Origin: an uncultured Actinomycetes bacterium
Lineage (GTDB): Bacteria; SZUA-79; Acidulodesulfobacterales; Acidulodesulfobacteraceae
Reading direction: 5' to 3'
DNA: 64,000 nt
Assembly: GCA_964631685.1 (NCBI GenBank)
Contig: CAZVZU010000009.1
Coordinates: 24,807-88,806 of the forward strand
The notes beneath the pieces were generated by a model that was not told the DNA's origin, searched no databases, and was given only the letters and a program-made list of their open reading frames with translations. Both the position numbers and the translations under genes were made by a program. Below, piece by piece: positions 30,268-39,869 of this stretch; within the stretch, counting starts at the first letter, position 1; the number at the start of each line of letters is the position of its first letter.

Positions 30268-31755
30268 TTACATAATAATCGCGTTACCGACCAATGGATG
30301 AATTCCACCGACCATTTCAGCATCAAATCCGTAAAGTGGAAACATCTTTGTGAACTGCGTTTTACATATTGCGCAGATAAGGGCAAAGTAATTTACGCCA
30401 TGACTATCGACAACCTCTTTTAATGTCTGCATTCTGGGCATAACACCAGCTATGCGAATATTCATGACCTCGTCCGCCAATAAACCACCGCCAGCGCCAC
30501 AACAATATGTACTTTCTTTATTAGTTCCTTCCCTTAACTCTACGAAATTATTCACAGCAGCCTTAATAAGTTCTCTCGGTATGGAAAACTGTCCTCCTAC
30601 GATATCGCCTATCCTTGAACCCCTTGCAACATTACACGAATCATGATATGTAACGACTTTATCGTCATTTGCGGTCGGATCAAGCTTTATTACACCGTCC
30701 TTAATTAATCCTAATGTAAACTCACATATATGAGTCGGCTGTTTATATTTTGAGTCAAGAAAATCGAATGGGCCGTTCATGGTATTAGAATACATATATG
30801 CAGCTCTCCATGCATGTCCGCATTCACCAATAATCACCCTTTTGACCTTAAGCTTCCTTGCTTCGTCCCATATCCTTTTGTTTATCTCTTTTGTATTTTT
30901 GTAGCTTCCTATAAACTTTCCAAAATTTCCTGCTTCGGAAGCATACGATGAAACTGTATAGCTTATACCCGCTTTATGAAACACTTTTGCATAACCTTTT
31001 AAAGATTCCATATGAGGCATCGCAAAAAAATCAGCGGAAGGTGGTACTAACAAAACCTCTGCCCCCTCCACATCCATAGGAATTTTAACATCTTTATTTG
31101 TTTCTTCGTTTATTTCTTCTTCCAAGTCGTCCAAGGTACGCCTTAATGCTAGTGGTGGTATACCTATATTGTTTCCGGTCAAATAAACCTTATGAATAAC
31201 TTCAGTAGTATATTTTTGACCGAGACCGATAGAGTCCATAATTTGCCTTGCTGCCATAGTTATTTCAGCAGTATCTATTCCGTAAGGACAATAAAGTGAA
31301 CATCTTCTGCACTCGGAACACTGCCAAAAATAAGTATACCATTCTTTCAGAACATCTTCGGTTAATTCTTGAGCATTAGAAAGGTTTTTGAAAAATCCTG
31401 AAGGAGTGAAATAGTACCTATAAACTTTTCTGAGCAATTCTTGCCTCTGGACCGGCATATTATTCGGATCAGATGTTCCAAGGAAAAATTGACATTTATC
31501 AGCACAAGCTCCGCACCTTACGCAAATATCCATATAGTCCCTGACCGCTTTATTGTGATCAAGTATCTCTTTAAAAACGCCTAACGCTTTATCTTTCCAG
31601 CCATCCTGAAGCTTAGAAGGAAAACCCAGTGCCTCCATATCTTCTTTCTTCGCCGGGTTCATATGTTCATATGCAGAAGCGCCTGGAACAATTTTAGGAA
31701 TTGAAATTTTGCCGTCTAAAACGGGAATCTTATATTTTTCTTTTGGCTTAGCCAT
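30268..31755 (-). CDS. dsrK: DsrK (HdrD-like FeS/CCG protein)
   Basis: CVRCGACADKC, CSECRRCSLYCPYGID, GECGHAWR, YHDSCN, CCGAGGG, CAIC. Confidence 0.94.
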   Translation of the reverse strand: MAKPKEKYKIPVLDGKISIPKIVPGASAYEHMNPAKKEDMEALGFPSKLQDGWKDKALGVFKEILDHNKAVRDYMDICVRCGACADKCQFFLGTSDPNNMPVQRQELLRKVYRYYFTPSGFFKNLSNAQELTEDVLKEWYTYFWQCSECRRCSLYCPYGIDTAEITMAARQIMDSIGLGQKYTTEVIHKVYLTGNNIGIPPLALRRTLDDLEEEINEETNKDVKIPMDVEGAEVLLVPPSADFFAMPHMESLKGYAKVFHKAGISYTVSSYASEAGNFGKFIGSYKNTKEINKRIWDEARKLKVKRVIIGECGHAWRAAYMYSNTMNGPFDFLDSKYKQPTHICEFTLGLIKDGVIKLDPTANDDKVVTYHDSCNVARGSRIGDIVGGQFSIPRELIKAAVNNFVELREGTNKESTYCCGAGGGLLADEVMNIRIAGVMPRMQTLKEVVDSHGVNYFALICAICKTQFTKMFPLYGFDAEMVGGIHPLVGNAIIM

Positions 31756-31851
31756 ACCGTTTATACCTCCGTTTAATTCTTATAGAATCAAAATTGCAGG
31801 TTATATTTTTAGATTAACTAGTTTTATATTTCCATACATATAGTTAGTATT

Positions 31852-32610
31852 TTAAATAGATATATCCTTTGCACTAGGACGATAATATCTTTCTTCTATG
31901 GGATTATCCACCATGTTTCTTGTCGGAGAGAAGAATATTCCGATGAAATGCATAACCTTGCTGAATGGTATATAAAGCACCAGTAGCAATATAAGCGTAT
32001 AATGTATTAAAAACAATGGGTTTGATGGAATATTGGTAAACTGAAATGTTAATAATCCGTTTATATATGGATCTAAATGATTATCTACGACAGTCAATGA
32101 AGCCGGGGTTAAAACATAATTCAGCGATAAACCGGCCAAACCTATGAGCATTAAAAGAATTAAAATTAAATAATCCTGAAATAGGGAAATAAATTTAACT
32201 CTTTCAATTATCACCCTTCTCATAAATAAAAGGAAAAGGGATAATACCATGACGATACCGCAGATTATTCCGGCATACACAAATATGCTATACCACCATG
32301 GAGCCGGATTGGAATAAATAAAATGTCTTGCAAAATGCATCGCTATCAGAAGAAAAAATGAAATGTGAAAAAGATATCCGAAAAACCAAGTAGGCTTATT
32401 TGATTTGTAAAGACTCTTGAAGAAAAAAACTTCGCCTAAAATTCTTAAAATAGCCCCACCCCTTGTTAATGGAGCAGGAGTCAGCATAATTTTAATGGGT
32501 TGCGGCGTTACGGCATATTGATATATTCTTAAAACTACTGCTATAACGAATATTACCCCTACCGCGTATGTGAATAATAAAAATATTGCAGTGGTTAAAT
32601 TAAGAGGCAT
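31852..32610 (-). CDS. dsrM: DsrM (NarI-like cytochrome b)
   Basis: LTPAP.T, EVFFFKSL, FH..H and H..PFSKVMH..G.FFSPTRN motifs; RBS supports ATG 32610. Confidence 0.92.
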   Translation of the reverse strand: MPLNLTTAIFLLFTYAVGVIFVIAVVLRIYQYAVTPQPIKIMLTPAPLTRGGAILRILGEVFFFKSLYKSNKPTWFFGYLFHISFFLLIAMHFARHFIYSNPAPWWYSIFVYAGIICGIVMVLSLFLLFMRRVIIERVKFISLFQDYLILILLMLIGLAGLSLNYVLTPASLTVVDNHLDPYINGLLTFQFTNIPSNPLFLIHYTLILLLVLYIPFSKVMHFIGIFFSPTRNMVDNPIEERYYRPSAKDISI

Positions 32611-32670
32611 AATGTCCCCCTCCATAAATAAATAGTGATAAATTATTTTATTTTTACAAAAACCCCACAT

Positions 32671-32708
32671 TATGCAGGAAAGACCATAAACTCAGCCTTC
32701 CCTGCATA
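32671..32708 (-). other. Intercistronic RNA hairpin 3' of dsrC
   Basis: TATGCAGGGAAGGCTG / TGGTCTTTCCTGCATA, 16-bp stem with 4 G-U pairs on the coding strand. Confidence 0.6.
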
Positions 32709-32728
32709 TTCACCTTTAAACTAATGAT

Positions 32729-33070
32729 TTAGACACAGCCAGTAGGCTTAGGAAGCCCTGCTATTTTAGCTAACTGTTTAGCTGGACCCTCTGGAAACAA
32801 CTCATAAATAAACCTATTTGCTTGCTTTTTGTCCGGTAAATTTTCGATCTTCATAACTTCTCTTGCAAGCGACTTAATAGCCGGAGCAACCTGATACTTC
32901 TGGAAATAATCCCTTATCCATTCGATAAGTTTCCAATGTTTTTCTGTAAGTTCAACACTTTCTTGTTCTGCTAAAACATCAGCAAGACCCTTGTCCCAAT
33001 CGACCAAATTCTGAAGATAGCCCTCATCATCTGTTTCAATTGTCTTTCCGTTATAATCAAAACTTGCCAT
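32729..33070 (-). CDS. dsrC: DsrC/TusE-family sulfur carrier with only the C-terminal CysA
   Basis: TDDEGYL, LTEKHW, AP.IK, YELFP.GP, AGLPKPTGCV; sits between dsrL and dsrM; the CysB position is Ala. Confidence 0.9.
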   Translation of the reverse strand: MASFDYNGKTIETDDEGYLQNLVDWDKGLADVLAEQESVELTEKHWKLIEWIRDYFQKYQVAPAIKSLAREVMKIENLPDKKQANRFIYELFPEGPAKQLAKIAGLPKPTGCV

Positions 33071-33155
33071 AAAGTTAATCCTCCTTAAATTTTATTTTTA
33101 ATATCATTAACCCGGCGGTAAAAGCCACCGGAATTTATGCCTTACGATCCACAGC

Positions 33156-34868
33156 TTAAATCATGTCTATATATCCGCAAGGACAGGCCTCAGCGCATTT
33201 TTTGCAACCATTGCAAGTGTCAAGATGAAATTCAAAATGTTGCCCCTTGGGCAATTTTTTAATGGCACTTTGAGAGCAGTATTCGAAACAACTACCACAG
33301 TCAAAACACATACCGCAACTAATGCATCGTTTAGCCTCAGAAATTAAATCGTCCATGCTTAAATTATTCAGTATACCGTCAAAGTCATTAATCCTGACGG
33401 AAGCATCTCTTGCCGTTCTTTCGTGTCTTTCAGCTTCTTGAAAATATGCAAGATACATATTTTTGCCTTCGAAGTTAACTGCATCTCCATATTTAACAAC
33501 CTTTCTCTCATCCTTTTTTGTCGCTTCACCGCTTAATTTCTCATGCATAGCATATGCGGCATATCTTCCCATTCCTATAGCATCAGTCACCAAGCCGAAT
33601 TTTAATATGTCTCCTCCCGCAAAAACTTTATCCTCATTTGCAACAAGGTACTTGTCATTGACATTCAAAAATTCATTGTTGTCATTTTTAGTAAGACCGT
33701 CTAGTCCTTTATAATTAGGCTTCTGTCCGAAAGAATATATCAGCGTGTCGAGCTTGAGAGCTAGCTCTTTTCCGCCATCGACTATAACAGGATGAACCCT
33801 GCCCGATGCATCTTTCTCTGAAAGTTTCATCTTTTTCAAACGCACCGCAACCGCTTTTCCGTTTTCTGTAATAATCTCATCCAACGCGAACAAAAACTCA
33901 AAATTAATTCCTTCGGCGTGACCCTCTCTGACCTCGGTCGAGCCCTTTTCTTTTATCTCAGCAACATCGTTTAGCGTACCTTTATTGTAAATAAATGTTA
34001 CATTAGCACCGAGTCTTTTTGTAACCATGCCGGCATCCATCGCGCTATCGCTTCCTATTACAACTACCTCTTTACCGGCATCCTTAATCTCTCCGGAAGC
34101 AGCCTTTTGAAGAAATTCAGTACCTGTATAAACATTTGGAGCATCTGCACCGCTCATTTTCATTTTGATGGGCTCATGTGTACCGATGGCAACAAAAACT
34201 GCATCATAATCCGATTTAAGCTTATCTAATGACACATCAGTGCCTATACTCATACCTGCTTTAATCTCTACACCTAAATCTTTGATGCGTTTTACTTCAG
34301 CGTCAATTATATCTAATGGTAGTCTGAATTTAGGTATCCCGTATCTTAGATAGCCGCCAGCCTCTTTAAATTTTTCATATATAGTAACACTATAGCCTCT
34401 TATGGCCAAGTGATAGGCGCAGGATAAACCTGCGGGACCGGCCCCTATGATAGCAATTTTCTCTTTTCTCGGGGTATCCGAAAGCTTCTTGAAATGTAAG
34501 TTGTTTTTTATTCCATAATCGCCAACAAACATTTCGATAGCATTTATCGCAACAGACTTATCTTTATGCTTACGATTGCATTCATCCTCGCAAGGATGAG
34601 GACACACCCTGCCGGTCGTAGACGGCAACGGGTTAGATTCAGTAAGTAGATAAAAAGCCTCGGTAAGCGATTCATCTATTGGCCTATCATACGATTCGCT
34701 TTGCGCTATATATTGAATGTAATCTCTCACCCTCGTACCATTAGGACACGTGTCCATACAAGGCGGTTTCTTCTCAACATACTTCGGCCTAAAAGGCGAT
34801 TGTTCCATTCCTACACCTGAACTCAACGATACCTTCGCCGGTTTCTTAACTTTCTTTAAAACAAGCAT
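33156..34868 (-). CDS. dsrL: DsrL iron-sulfur flavoprotein
   Basis: RPKYVEKKPPC, GRVCPHPCE, FAD motif GAGPAG, C-terminal ferredoxin EAKRCISCGMCFDC...CNGCKKCAEACPCG. Confidence 0.9.
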   Translation of the reverse strand: MLVLKKVKKPAKVSLSSGVGMEQSPFRPKYVEKKPPCMDTCPNGTRVRDYIQYIAQSESYDRPIDESLTEAFYLLTESNPLPSTTGRVCPHPCEDECNRKHKDKSVAINAIEMFVGDYGIKNNLHFKKLSDTPRKEKIAIIGAGPAGLSCAYHLAIRGYSVTIYEKFKEAGGYLRYGIPKFRLPLDIIDAEVKRIKDLGVEIKAGMSIGTDVSLDKLKSDYDAVFVAIGTHEPIKMKMSGADAPNVYTGTEFLQKAASGEIKDAGKEVVVIGSDSAMDAGMVTKRLGANVTFIYNKGTLNDVAEIKEKGSTEVREGHAEGINFEFLFALDEIITENGKAVAVRLKKMKLSEKDASGRVHPVIVDGGKELALKLDTLIYSFGQKPNYKGLDGLTKNDNNEFLNVNDKYLVANEDKVFAGGDILKFGLVTDAIGMGRYAAYAMHEKLSGEATKKDERKVVKYGDAVNFEGKNMYLAYFQEAERHERTARDASVRINDFDGILNNLSMDDLISEAKRCISCGMCFDCGSCFEYCSQSAIKKLPKGQHFEFHLDTCNGCKKCAEACPCGYIDMI

Positions 34869-34932
34869 AAAATCATCCTCATAATAATTCCAAAATGCAT
34901 CAAGGCATATTAAAAGTTATAATTAAATATTA

Positions 34933-35169
34933 TCAATCTTGTCCCGGAAGAGTAAGATAGCTTCCTCCAGCATACCCATAAATCAGCTTACCATCGTCCA
35001 TTATTTCCTTTAATACACCCTTAATATCACTCTTGGATAAGCCGACATCTGCAAAATCTCTTTCCATCTCCTTAACTATATCTATGGGCTTAAATCTTTT
35101 TTTGCCGTCGTATTCCTTAACAAGCCCAATGATCTGGTCTTTTAATTTACTCTTTGTCTCGTCGGTCAT
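34933..35169 (-). CDS. dsrD: DsrD (winged-helix activator of DsrAB)
   Basis: 78 aa, directly after dsrB; GKKRFKP, IK..LKEIMDDGKLIY.Y.GGSY. Confidence 0.8.
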   Translation of the reverse strand: MTDETKSKLKDQIIGLVKEYDGKKRFKPIDIVKEMERDFADVGLSKSDIKGVLKEIMDDGKLIYGYAGGSYLTLPGQD

Positions 35170-35255
35170 AACATTTACCTCTTATGTTTTTAATTTTACA
35201 ATGACCCGCCTAATTAACACAGCACTTCCATCGTATTCTTCCTATTTAAGATAAT

Positions 35256-35295
35256 GGCATTCATCTCAACGATGAAAATCATCAAGATGAATGCC
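35256..35295 (-). other. Intercistronic hairpin 3' of dsrB
   Basis: GGCATTCATCT...AGATGAATGCC 11-bp perfect stem with inner GATGA/TCATC. Confidence 0.65.
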
Positions 35296-35306
35296 TAATA
35301 AAACTA

Positions 35307-36392
35307 TTAAAGCCTTATATGTGACGAATAATTCATTGTAGTTTCGGCAAGTCTAAAGTCATCGACATGGTATTTTGTAAACTCAAATCCTGTTATATTA
35401 AAGAACTTAGGCCAACCAATCCTGTCTATCCATTCCGCGATCCTTTCTCCGGGCTCTGCTCCCTTTTTATAAGCATCTAATATGGTTTTCACCGCTTCAA
35501 CCACTTGAGGCCATCTAGGCGGGTCATTAGGAATAAAAGAAACAGCTAATTTTGAAAAGGTAGGTTTTGTTCTAGCATTTGACACTTTACCGCCAACCCA
35601 TATAGAAAGCCCGTCAGTTCCGGGATCCGCGATCGGCATCGCAGGGCATACAGTATAGCAACTTCCACAAAACACGCAGGTTTCTTCGTTTACTCTCAGC
35701 GTCTGTTTGCCGTCTTGAGTATCAGGTCTTATGGAATTTGTCGGACAAGCTGAAATAGTGCTGGGTATCTCACATAAGTTTAAAAGTCTTTCCTGGTTTA
35801 TTTTAGGTGGCTTTCTGTGTGTTCCGAGTATTGCAATGTCGGACGATGCCACAGAACCGCACATATTCAGACAACATGCGAAAGCGATTCTTACCTTTGC
35901 CGGTAATTTCTCTTCGATAAAGTATTCATACACTTCATCCATTATGGACTTTACGACGCCTGATGCATCACTTGCAGATGTATGGCAGTGCACCCACCCT
36001 TGAGTATGAACTATGTTTGCAATGACATTTCCTATGCCCCCAACGGTCAAACCTAATTTAGCAACATCCTGCTTAAGAGGTTCAATATTTTTCTCGTTCT
36101 CAAATAAAAACTCAACATTATTTCTCGTGGTAAATCTTAAAAAACCATCGCAATATTTATCTGCTATATCACATAAATCCCTGACAAAACTGCCACTTAC
36201 TAATCTCGGGGAACCGACCCTTACTGTATATAGTTTATCGCCACTTTCCGCAGTATGGACCATGGTTCCTGCATCCAAAATTTCATGGTATGCCCATTTA
36301 CCGTAATTATTCTTGACAATAGGCGGCAAATAATCATGAAAATCATGCGGACCGATATCTGTCAATCTTGTCTTTTTAACCTCTTCCGGCAT
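35307..36392 (-). CDS. dsrB: Dissimilatory sulfite reductase beta subunit
   Basis: [53 protein letters not shown] supports ATG 36392. Confidence 0.97.
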   Translation of the reverse strand: MPEEVKKTRLTDIGPHDFHDYLPPIVKNNYGKWAYHEILDAGTMVHTAESGDKLYTVRVGSPRLVSGSFVRDLCDIADKYCDGFLRFTTRNNVEFLFENEKNIEPLKQDVAKLGLTVGGIGNVIANIVHTQGWVHCHTSASDASGVVKSIMDEVYEYFIEEKLPAKVRIAFACCLNMCGSVASSDIAILGTHRKPPKINQERLLNLCEIPSTISACPTNSIRPDTQDGKQTLRVNEETCVFCGSCYTVCPAMPIADPGTDGLSIWVGGKVSNARTKPTFSKLAVSFIPNDPPRWPQVVEAVKTILDAYKKGAEPGERIAEWIDRIGWPKFFNITGFEFTKYHVDDFRLAETTMNYSSHIRL

Positions 36393-36494
36393 AACAACCT
36401 CCAAATATTTTATATGACAATTTTAATTAAATAAATAAGATTAAAATATAATAATTATAATCTAACATTGATAAAATAAATCAATCTTCAACGC

Positions 36495-37676
36495 TTATTC
36501 ATCATCGAATTTTATAAACGGATTGCTTCTCGGATGTCCAACCATTTCCGGTGTAGGCTCCAGTCCAATGCCTTCTAAGAACGTAATAATTCCCACTCTC
36601 TGCATGAGCTCTCCGATTCTTTCTCTCGTGACGCCGTATTCATCCCAGAAATCCCATATATTGCTTATTAACCCTTTCAGCCATTCATAATCATTTTTAC
36701 TGTCTTCCAAAACATCATAAAACGGGATAAGCATCATGCCCATTCTTGGGCCGGTTACCAACGGAGCCTTAGCGCCCAACAAAATAGACGCGCCTTTCTG
36801 GTCTCCTGACCTAAGCGCCTTTGGCATCTTGTTTATGCAATGCATACACTTAACGCAATTAGAATCATCAATGACCAATTTTTCTCCCTCGAACTGCATA
36901 CACTTCGCGGGACATTTGTCTAAAACGTATTTCTGGACATTAAAATCATTTACGCAATTCTTTACCTCGTCCTGATTGATTTTTATGTTATCCTTCCATG
37001 TTCCGATGAATGCCATATCAGATCTTGAAGCTGCCGCAACACAATCGTTTGCGCAACCAGAAAATTTAAATTTAAATTTGTAGTTAAAAAGTGGCCTGTG
37101 CATCTCATCTTGATACGCCTGTGTCAAATCATAACAAATTTGCATAGTATCATAGTTAGCAAACTCACATCTTGCCTGCCCTAAGCAGCATGACGGAGTT
37201 CTTAGATCGGAACCACCACCACCTAAATCAAATCCCAGCTCGGCATATTTCTGAAAGGCTTCTTCTGCCTCTGCCTGATAAACGCCCAACACTTGAATAT
37301 CTCCGGTGGAACCGTGTAGGTTTAACAACCCGCCACCGTGCTCCTCGGCAATGCTAGCTATCTTTCTGAGAACATCAGAATTGTAAAAAAAACCGGACAC
37401 CTGATTAAGTCTCATGGAATGACATTCTTTAACACCCGGGTACTTATCTGGGTACTCTGTAAACCTGCCGACCATTCCGGCTCCGTATCCTTTAACCCCT
37501 GCCATACCCCCATGTTTCCAATGAGTAATCTTATCTCTATAGGAGTTCTCTACTTGTCCCAAAAGATCTTCTGTCCTTTCACTTTTTTCCGCCGCTCTTT
37601 CGATTTCTCTAACAAAACTTACCCACTTCCCTTTTTTTAGTTCGTCAAGAAGCGGGGTTTCATGTTTTCTACCCAT
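36495..37676 (-). CDS. dsrA: Dissimilatory sulfite reductase alpha subunit (appears reductive-type)
   Basis: TPLLDEL, THWKHGG, NLHGSTGD, RTPSCCLGQARCE, KFKFSGCANDCV, CVKCMHCIN, RERIGE. Confidence 0.97.
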   Translation of the reverse strand: MGRKHETPLLDELKKGKWVSFVREIERAAEKSERTEDLLGQVENSYRDKITHWKHGGMAGVKGYGAGMVGRFTEYPDKYPGVKECHSMRLNQVSGFFYNSDVLRKIASIAEEHGGGLLNLHGSTGDIQVLGVYQAEAEEAFQKYAELGFDLGGGGSDLRTPSCCLGQARCEFANYDTMQICYDLTQAYQDEMHRPLFNYKFKFKFSGCANDCVAAASRSDMAFIGTWKDNIKINQDEVKNCVNDFNVQKYVLDKCPAKCMQFEGEKLVIDDSNCVKCMHCINKMPKALRSGDQKGASILLGAKAPLVTGPRMGMMLIPFYDVLEDSKNDYEWLKGLISNIWDFWDEYGVTRERIGELMQRVGIITFLEGIGLEPTPEMVGHPRSNPFIKFDDE

Positions 37677-37913
37677 AAAACCTCCTTAAAAAAATAAAAA
37701 TTAAAAGACATTTAACGCACTCAGCTTTAAATAATCCCCCCTCAATAAATCTTACTGCAACGATATAAACTCACATTTCTTTACGTGCAGAATCGAAATA
37801 CAGAGGCTTGTTTTATGTAGTTCCATACAGACTGACAAACCGAATATACCACTCTTTATATAATCCTTTTATTCATATATTGTCAAGAAAAAAATGTCTT
37901 AGTAATAAAAAAA

Positions 37914-39383
37914 CTAACATTGTTTTATCTTTGAAGAATTCTTTTTTACCTGCCTAACAAACGATATCCAATTCTTAAACCAACTTGGCGCTGCAGGTGA
38001 AAATATATGGGTATAACTTGCGAGCATATTCTTATAAACAATGCAGTCGCTTACACCATTGACCCCAAATCCCTTCTCTATGTCAAAAGCAAAATTTATA
38101 CTATTTGAAGGTGCAATCGCCAAATATGAATGATGAAATTCGTGACCCTTTATAGATTTAATTCTACCGAACCACTGCTGGCTATTTTTATCATAAAGGG
38201 TAGATAACAATTTTGTATAACCGTGCCCCTTGGGTTTCTTCGTCCATTTTACATCAACATCTATTGCCCCTACCATTTGACGCGTGACATCGCCGTAGGA
38301 AATACTCCTGCAGAGATATACTAGTCCGCCGCATTCCGCATAAACCGGAAGGCCTATTTCTATTTTTTCCTTTATCTCTTTTCTTAAATTCTCGTTTGCC
38401 TCTAAATCTTTGCAAAAAATCTCGGGGAATCCCCCTCCGATGTATAAAGCATCAACATCGGGAAGATTGTCGTCCTTAATCGGAGAAAACCTGACAATAT
38501 CGCAACCTAACCCTTCAAGCGCTTCAATATTCTCGTTATAGTAAAAATTAAACGCACCGTCATATGCGAGTCCAACCCTTATCTTTTTTCTAGTCCTACC
38601 AAGCATTATTTTTTTTGGTGGCAAGATTACATCGTGCAGAATTGTATCGGTATTTCCCTTAGATTTGGCATTTTTTTCAGCTAAATTTATTATGCCGTCT
38701 AGGTCAATAAAATCTGAAATCTTACGGGATATATCCGAAATAAGACTTTCGATATCTCCGCCTGCCAACGTCGACAGTAAACCGAGATGTCTCTGTTTTA
38801 TTGATAATTCCGGATCATTGGGAATATGACCGACAACTTTTAAGTCAGTATAGTAATTAATTGCATTTATAAGATTTTTTTCATGTCTTTTGCTATGAAC
38901 CCTGTTAAGTATCACACCTTTTATATTTACATCTTTATCAAAATCTTCAAACCCCTTAAGAATCGGCGCAACCCCTCTATTTAGTTCCGCGACATCCACC
39001 ACAAGTACCACTGGAAGATTTAAAAGCTTTGCCAAAGATGCATTAGAAAACTTACCTCGGATATCAAAAGAATCATGCAACCCATGATTACCTTCAACAA
39101 TACTTATATCGGAATTAAGCGAATGCTCCAAAAAGTGTCTTTTAATTTTACTTTTAGACATAAAATAAAAATCCAGACTGTAACAGTTCTTACCCGTTGC
39201 TGCCTTTAGCCACATAGGGTCTATAAAATCCGGTCCCTTTTTAAAAGGCTGAACTGCAAACCCCTTGTCTCTAAGCAAGCGCATTAGAGCAATTGAAACG
39301 GTGGTTTTGCCTGAATTCCTCTTTGTAGCTGATATGTAAAATTTCAGAATTTGTCGCTTTTTGTCCTTAAAAATACTTTTCAT
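37914..39383 (-). CDS. dsrN: Cobyrinate a,c-diamide synthase-like siroheme amidase
   Basis: SGKTT, KKGPDFID, EGNHGL, IKQRHLGL, GGGFPE, YAECGG, GHEFH; directly upstream of dsrA. Confidence 0.85.
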   Translation of the reverse strand: MKSIFKDKKRQILKFYISATKRNSGKTTVSIALMRLLRDKGFAVQPFKKGPDFIDPMWLKAATGKNCYSLDFYFMSKSKIKRHFLEHSLNSDISIVEGNHGLHDSFDIRGKFSNASLAKLLNLPVVLVVDVAELNRGVAPILKGFEDFDKDVNIKGVILNRVHSKRHEKNLINAINYYTDLKVVGHIPNDPELSIKQRHLGLLSTLAGGDIESLISDISRKISDFIDLDGIINLAEKNAKSKGNTDTILHDVILPPKKIMLGRTRKKIRVGLAYDGAFNFYYNENIEALEGLGCDIVRFSPIKDDNLPDVDALYIGGGFPEIFCKDLEANENLRKEIKEKIEIGLPVYAECGGLVYLCRSISYGDVTRQMVGAIDVDVKWTKKPKGHGYTKLLSTLYDKNSQQWFGRIKSIKGHEFHHSYLAIAPSNSINFAFDIEKGFGVNGVSDCIVYKNMLASYTHIFSPAAPSWFKNWISFVRQVKKNSSKIKQC

Positions 39384-39718
39384 TTTTTTTCTGAATTCCT
39401 GAGCGATTTTATCATGGAAATTTTTCCAAGTGTATATGAAGAAATATTTTTGTTTTCGATATCTTTATTTTCCAATAAAAATAGCCTGTCAATACCAAGA
39501 ATAAATAAGGAAAACCCATATTCTGCTATTTTCTGCTTGTCAAAGTGGTGCTGCAAAAAAGCAAACTCATCCTCTTCTTCTATGAGTTTGCTTTCATAAA
39601 ATACCTCAAGCCTTGCCATTAAGGGAAGATTTGAAAAATATTCCAGTAGCTCATCAACTTTATGTTCACTTAATTTTGTAATCTTCAGAACATACTCTAA
39701 GTCATATTTGAATTTCAT
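39380..39718 (-). CDS. Hypothetical 112-aa protein, translationally coupled to dsrN
   Basis: Its stop overlaps the dsrN ATG (ATGA); no motif I can name. Confidence 0.55.
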   Translation of the reverse strand: MKFKYDLEYVLKITKLSEHKVDELLEYFSNLPLMARLEVFYESKLIEEEDEFAFLQHHFDKQKIAEYGFSLFILGIDRLFLLENKDIENKNISSYTLGKISMIKSLRNSEKK

Positions 39719-39727
39719 ATCCGCTTT

Positions 39728-39749
39728 TAATTGGCGGAGAGAGAGGGAT
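39728..39749 (-). repeat. 22-bp direct duplicate of the tRNA-Ser 3' end (att-like)
   Basis: TAATTGGCGGAGAGAGAGGGAT is identical to 39866-39887. Confidence 0.85.
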
Positions 39750-39801
39750 GAACCTTTTATAGAAGGTTTTAAACCTTACGAACCGCCCTTAAGGGCTACG
39801 C

Positions 39802-39821
39802 CCTACCGGGGGTTCAAATCC
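39802..39821 (+). repeat. Inverted copy of the tRNA-Ser variable-arm/T-arm segment
   Basis: CCTACCGGGGGTTCAAATCC matches the tRNA sense sequence (39884-39903, minus) at 19/20. Confidence 0.8.
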
Positions 39822-39869
39822 AAGAACACCTTCATCTCATAACGCCTTGTTCATATATTTATCTCTAAT

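Noticed and set aside
29062..33070. Plain tusBCD/tusE tRNA-thiolation genes
   Set aside because: They are interleaved with dsrL, dsrM and dsrK, and DsrE/DsrF resemble sulfur-oxidizer proteins; a dual role is not excluded
37752..37826. 24-codon upstream ORF (MELHKTSLC...) in the dsrA leader
   Set aside because: No RBS and no associated alternative structure that I could see
39380..39718. DsrT
   Set aside because: Too short, not upstream of dsrM, and no recognisable RsbRD-like pattern
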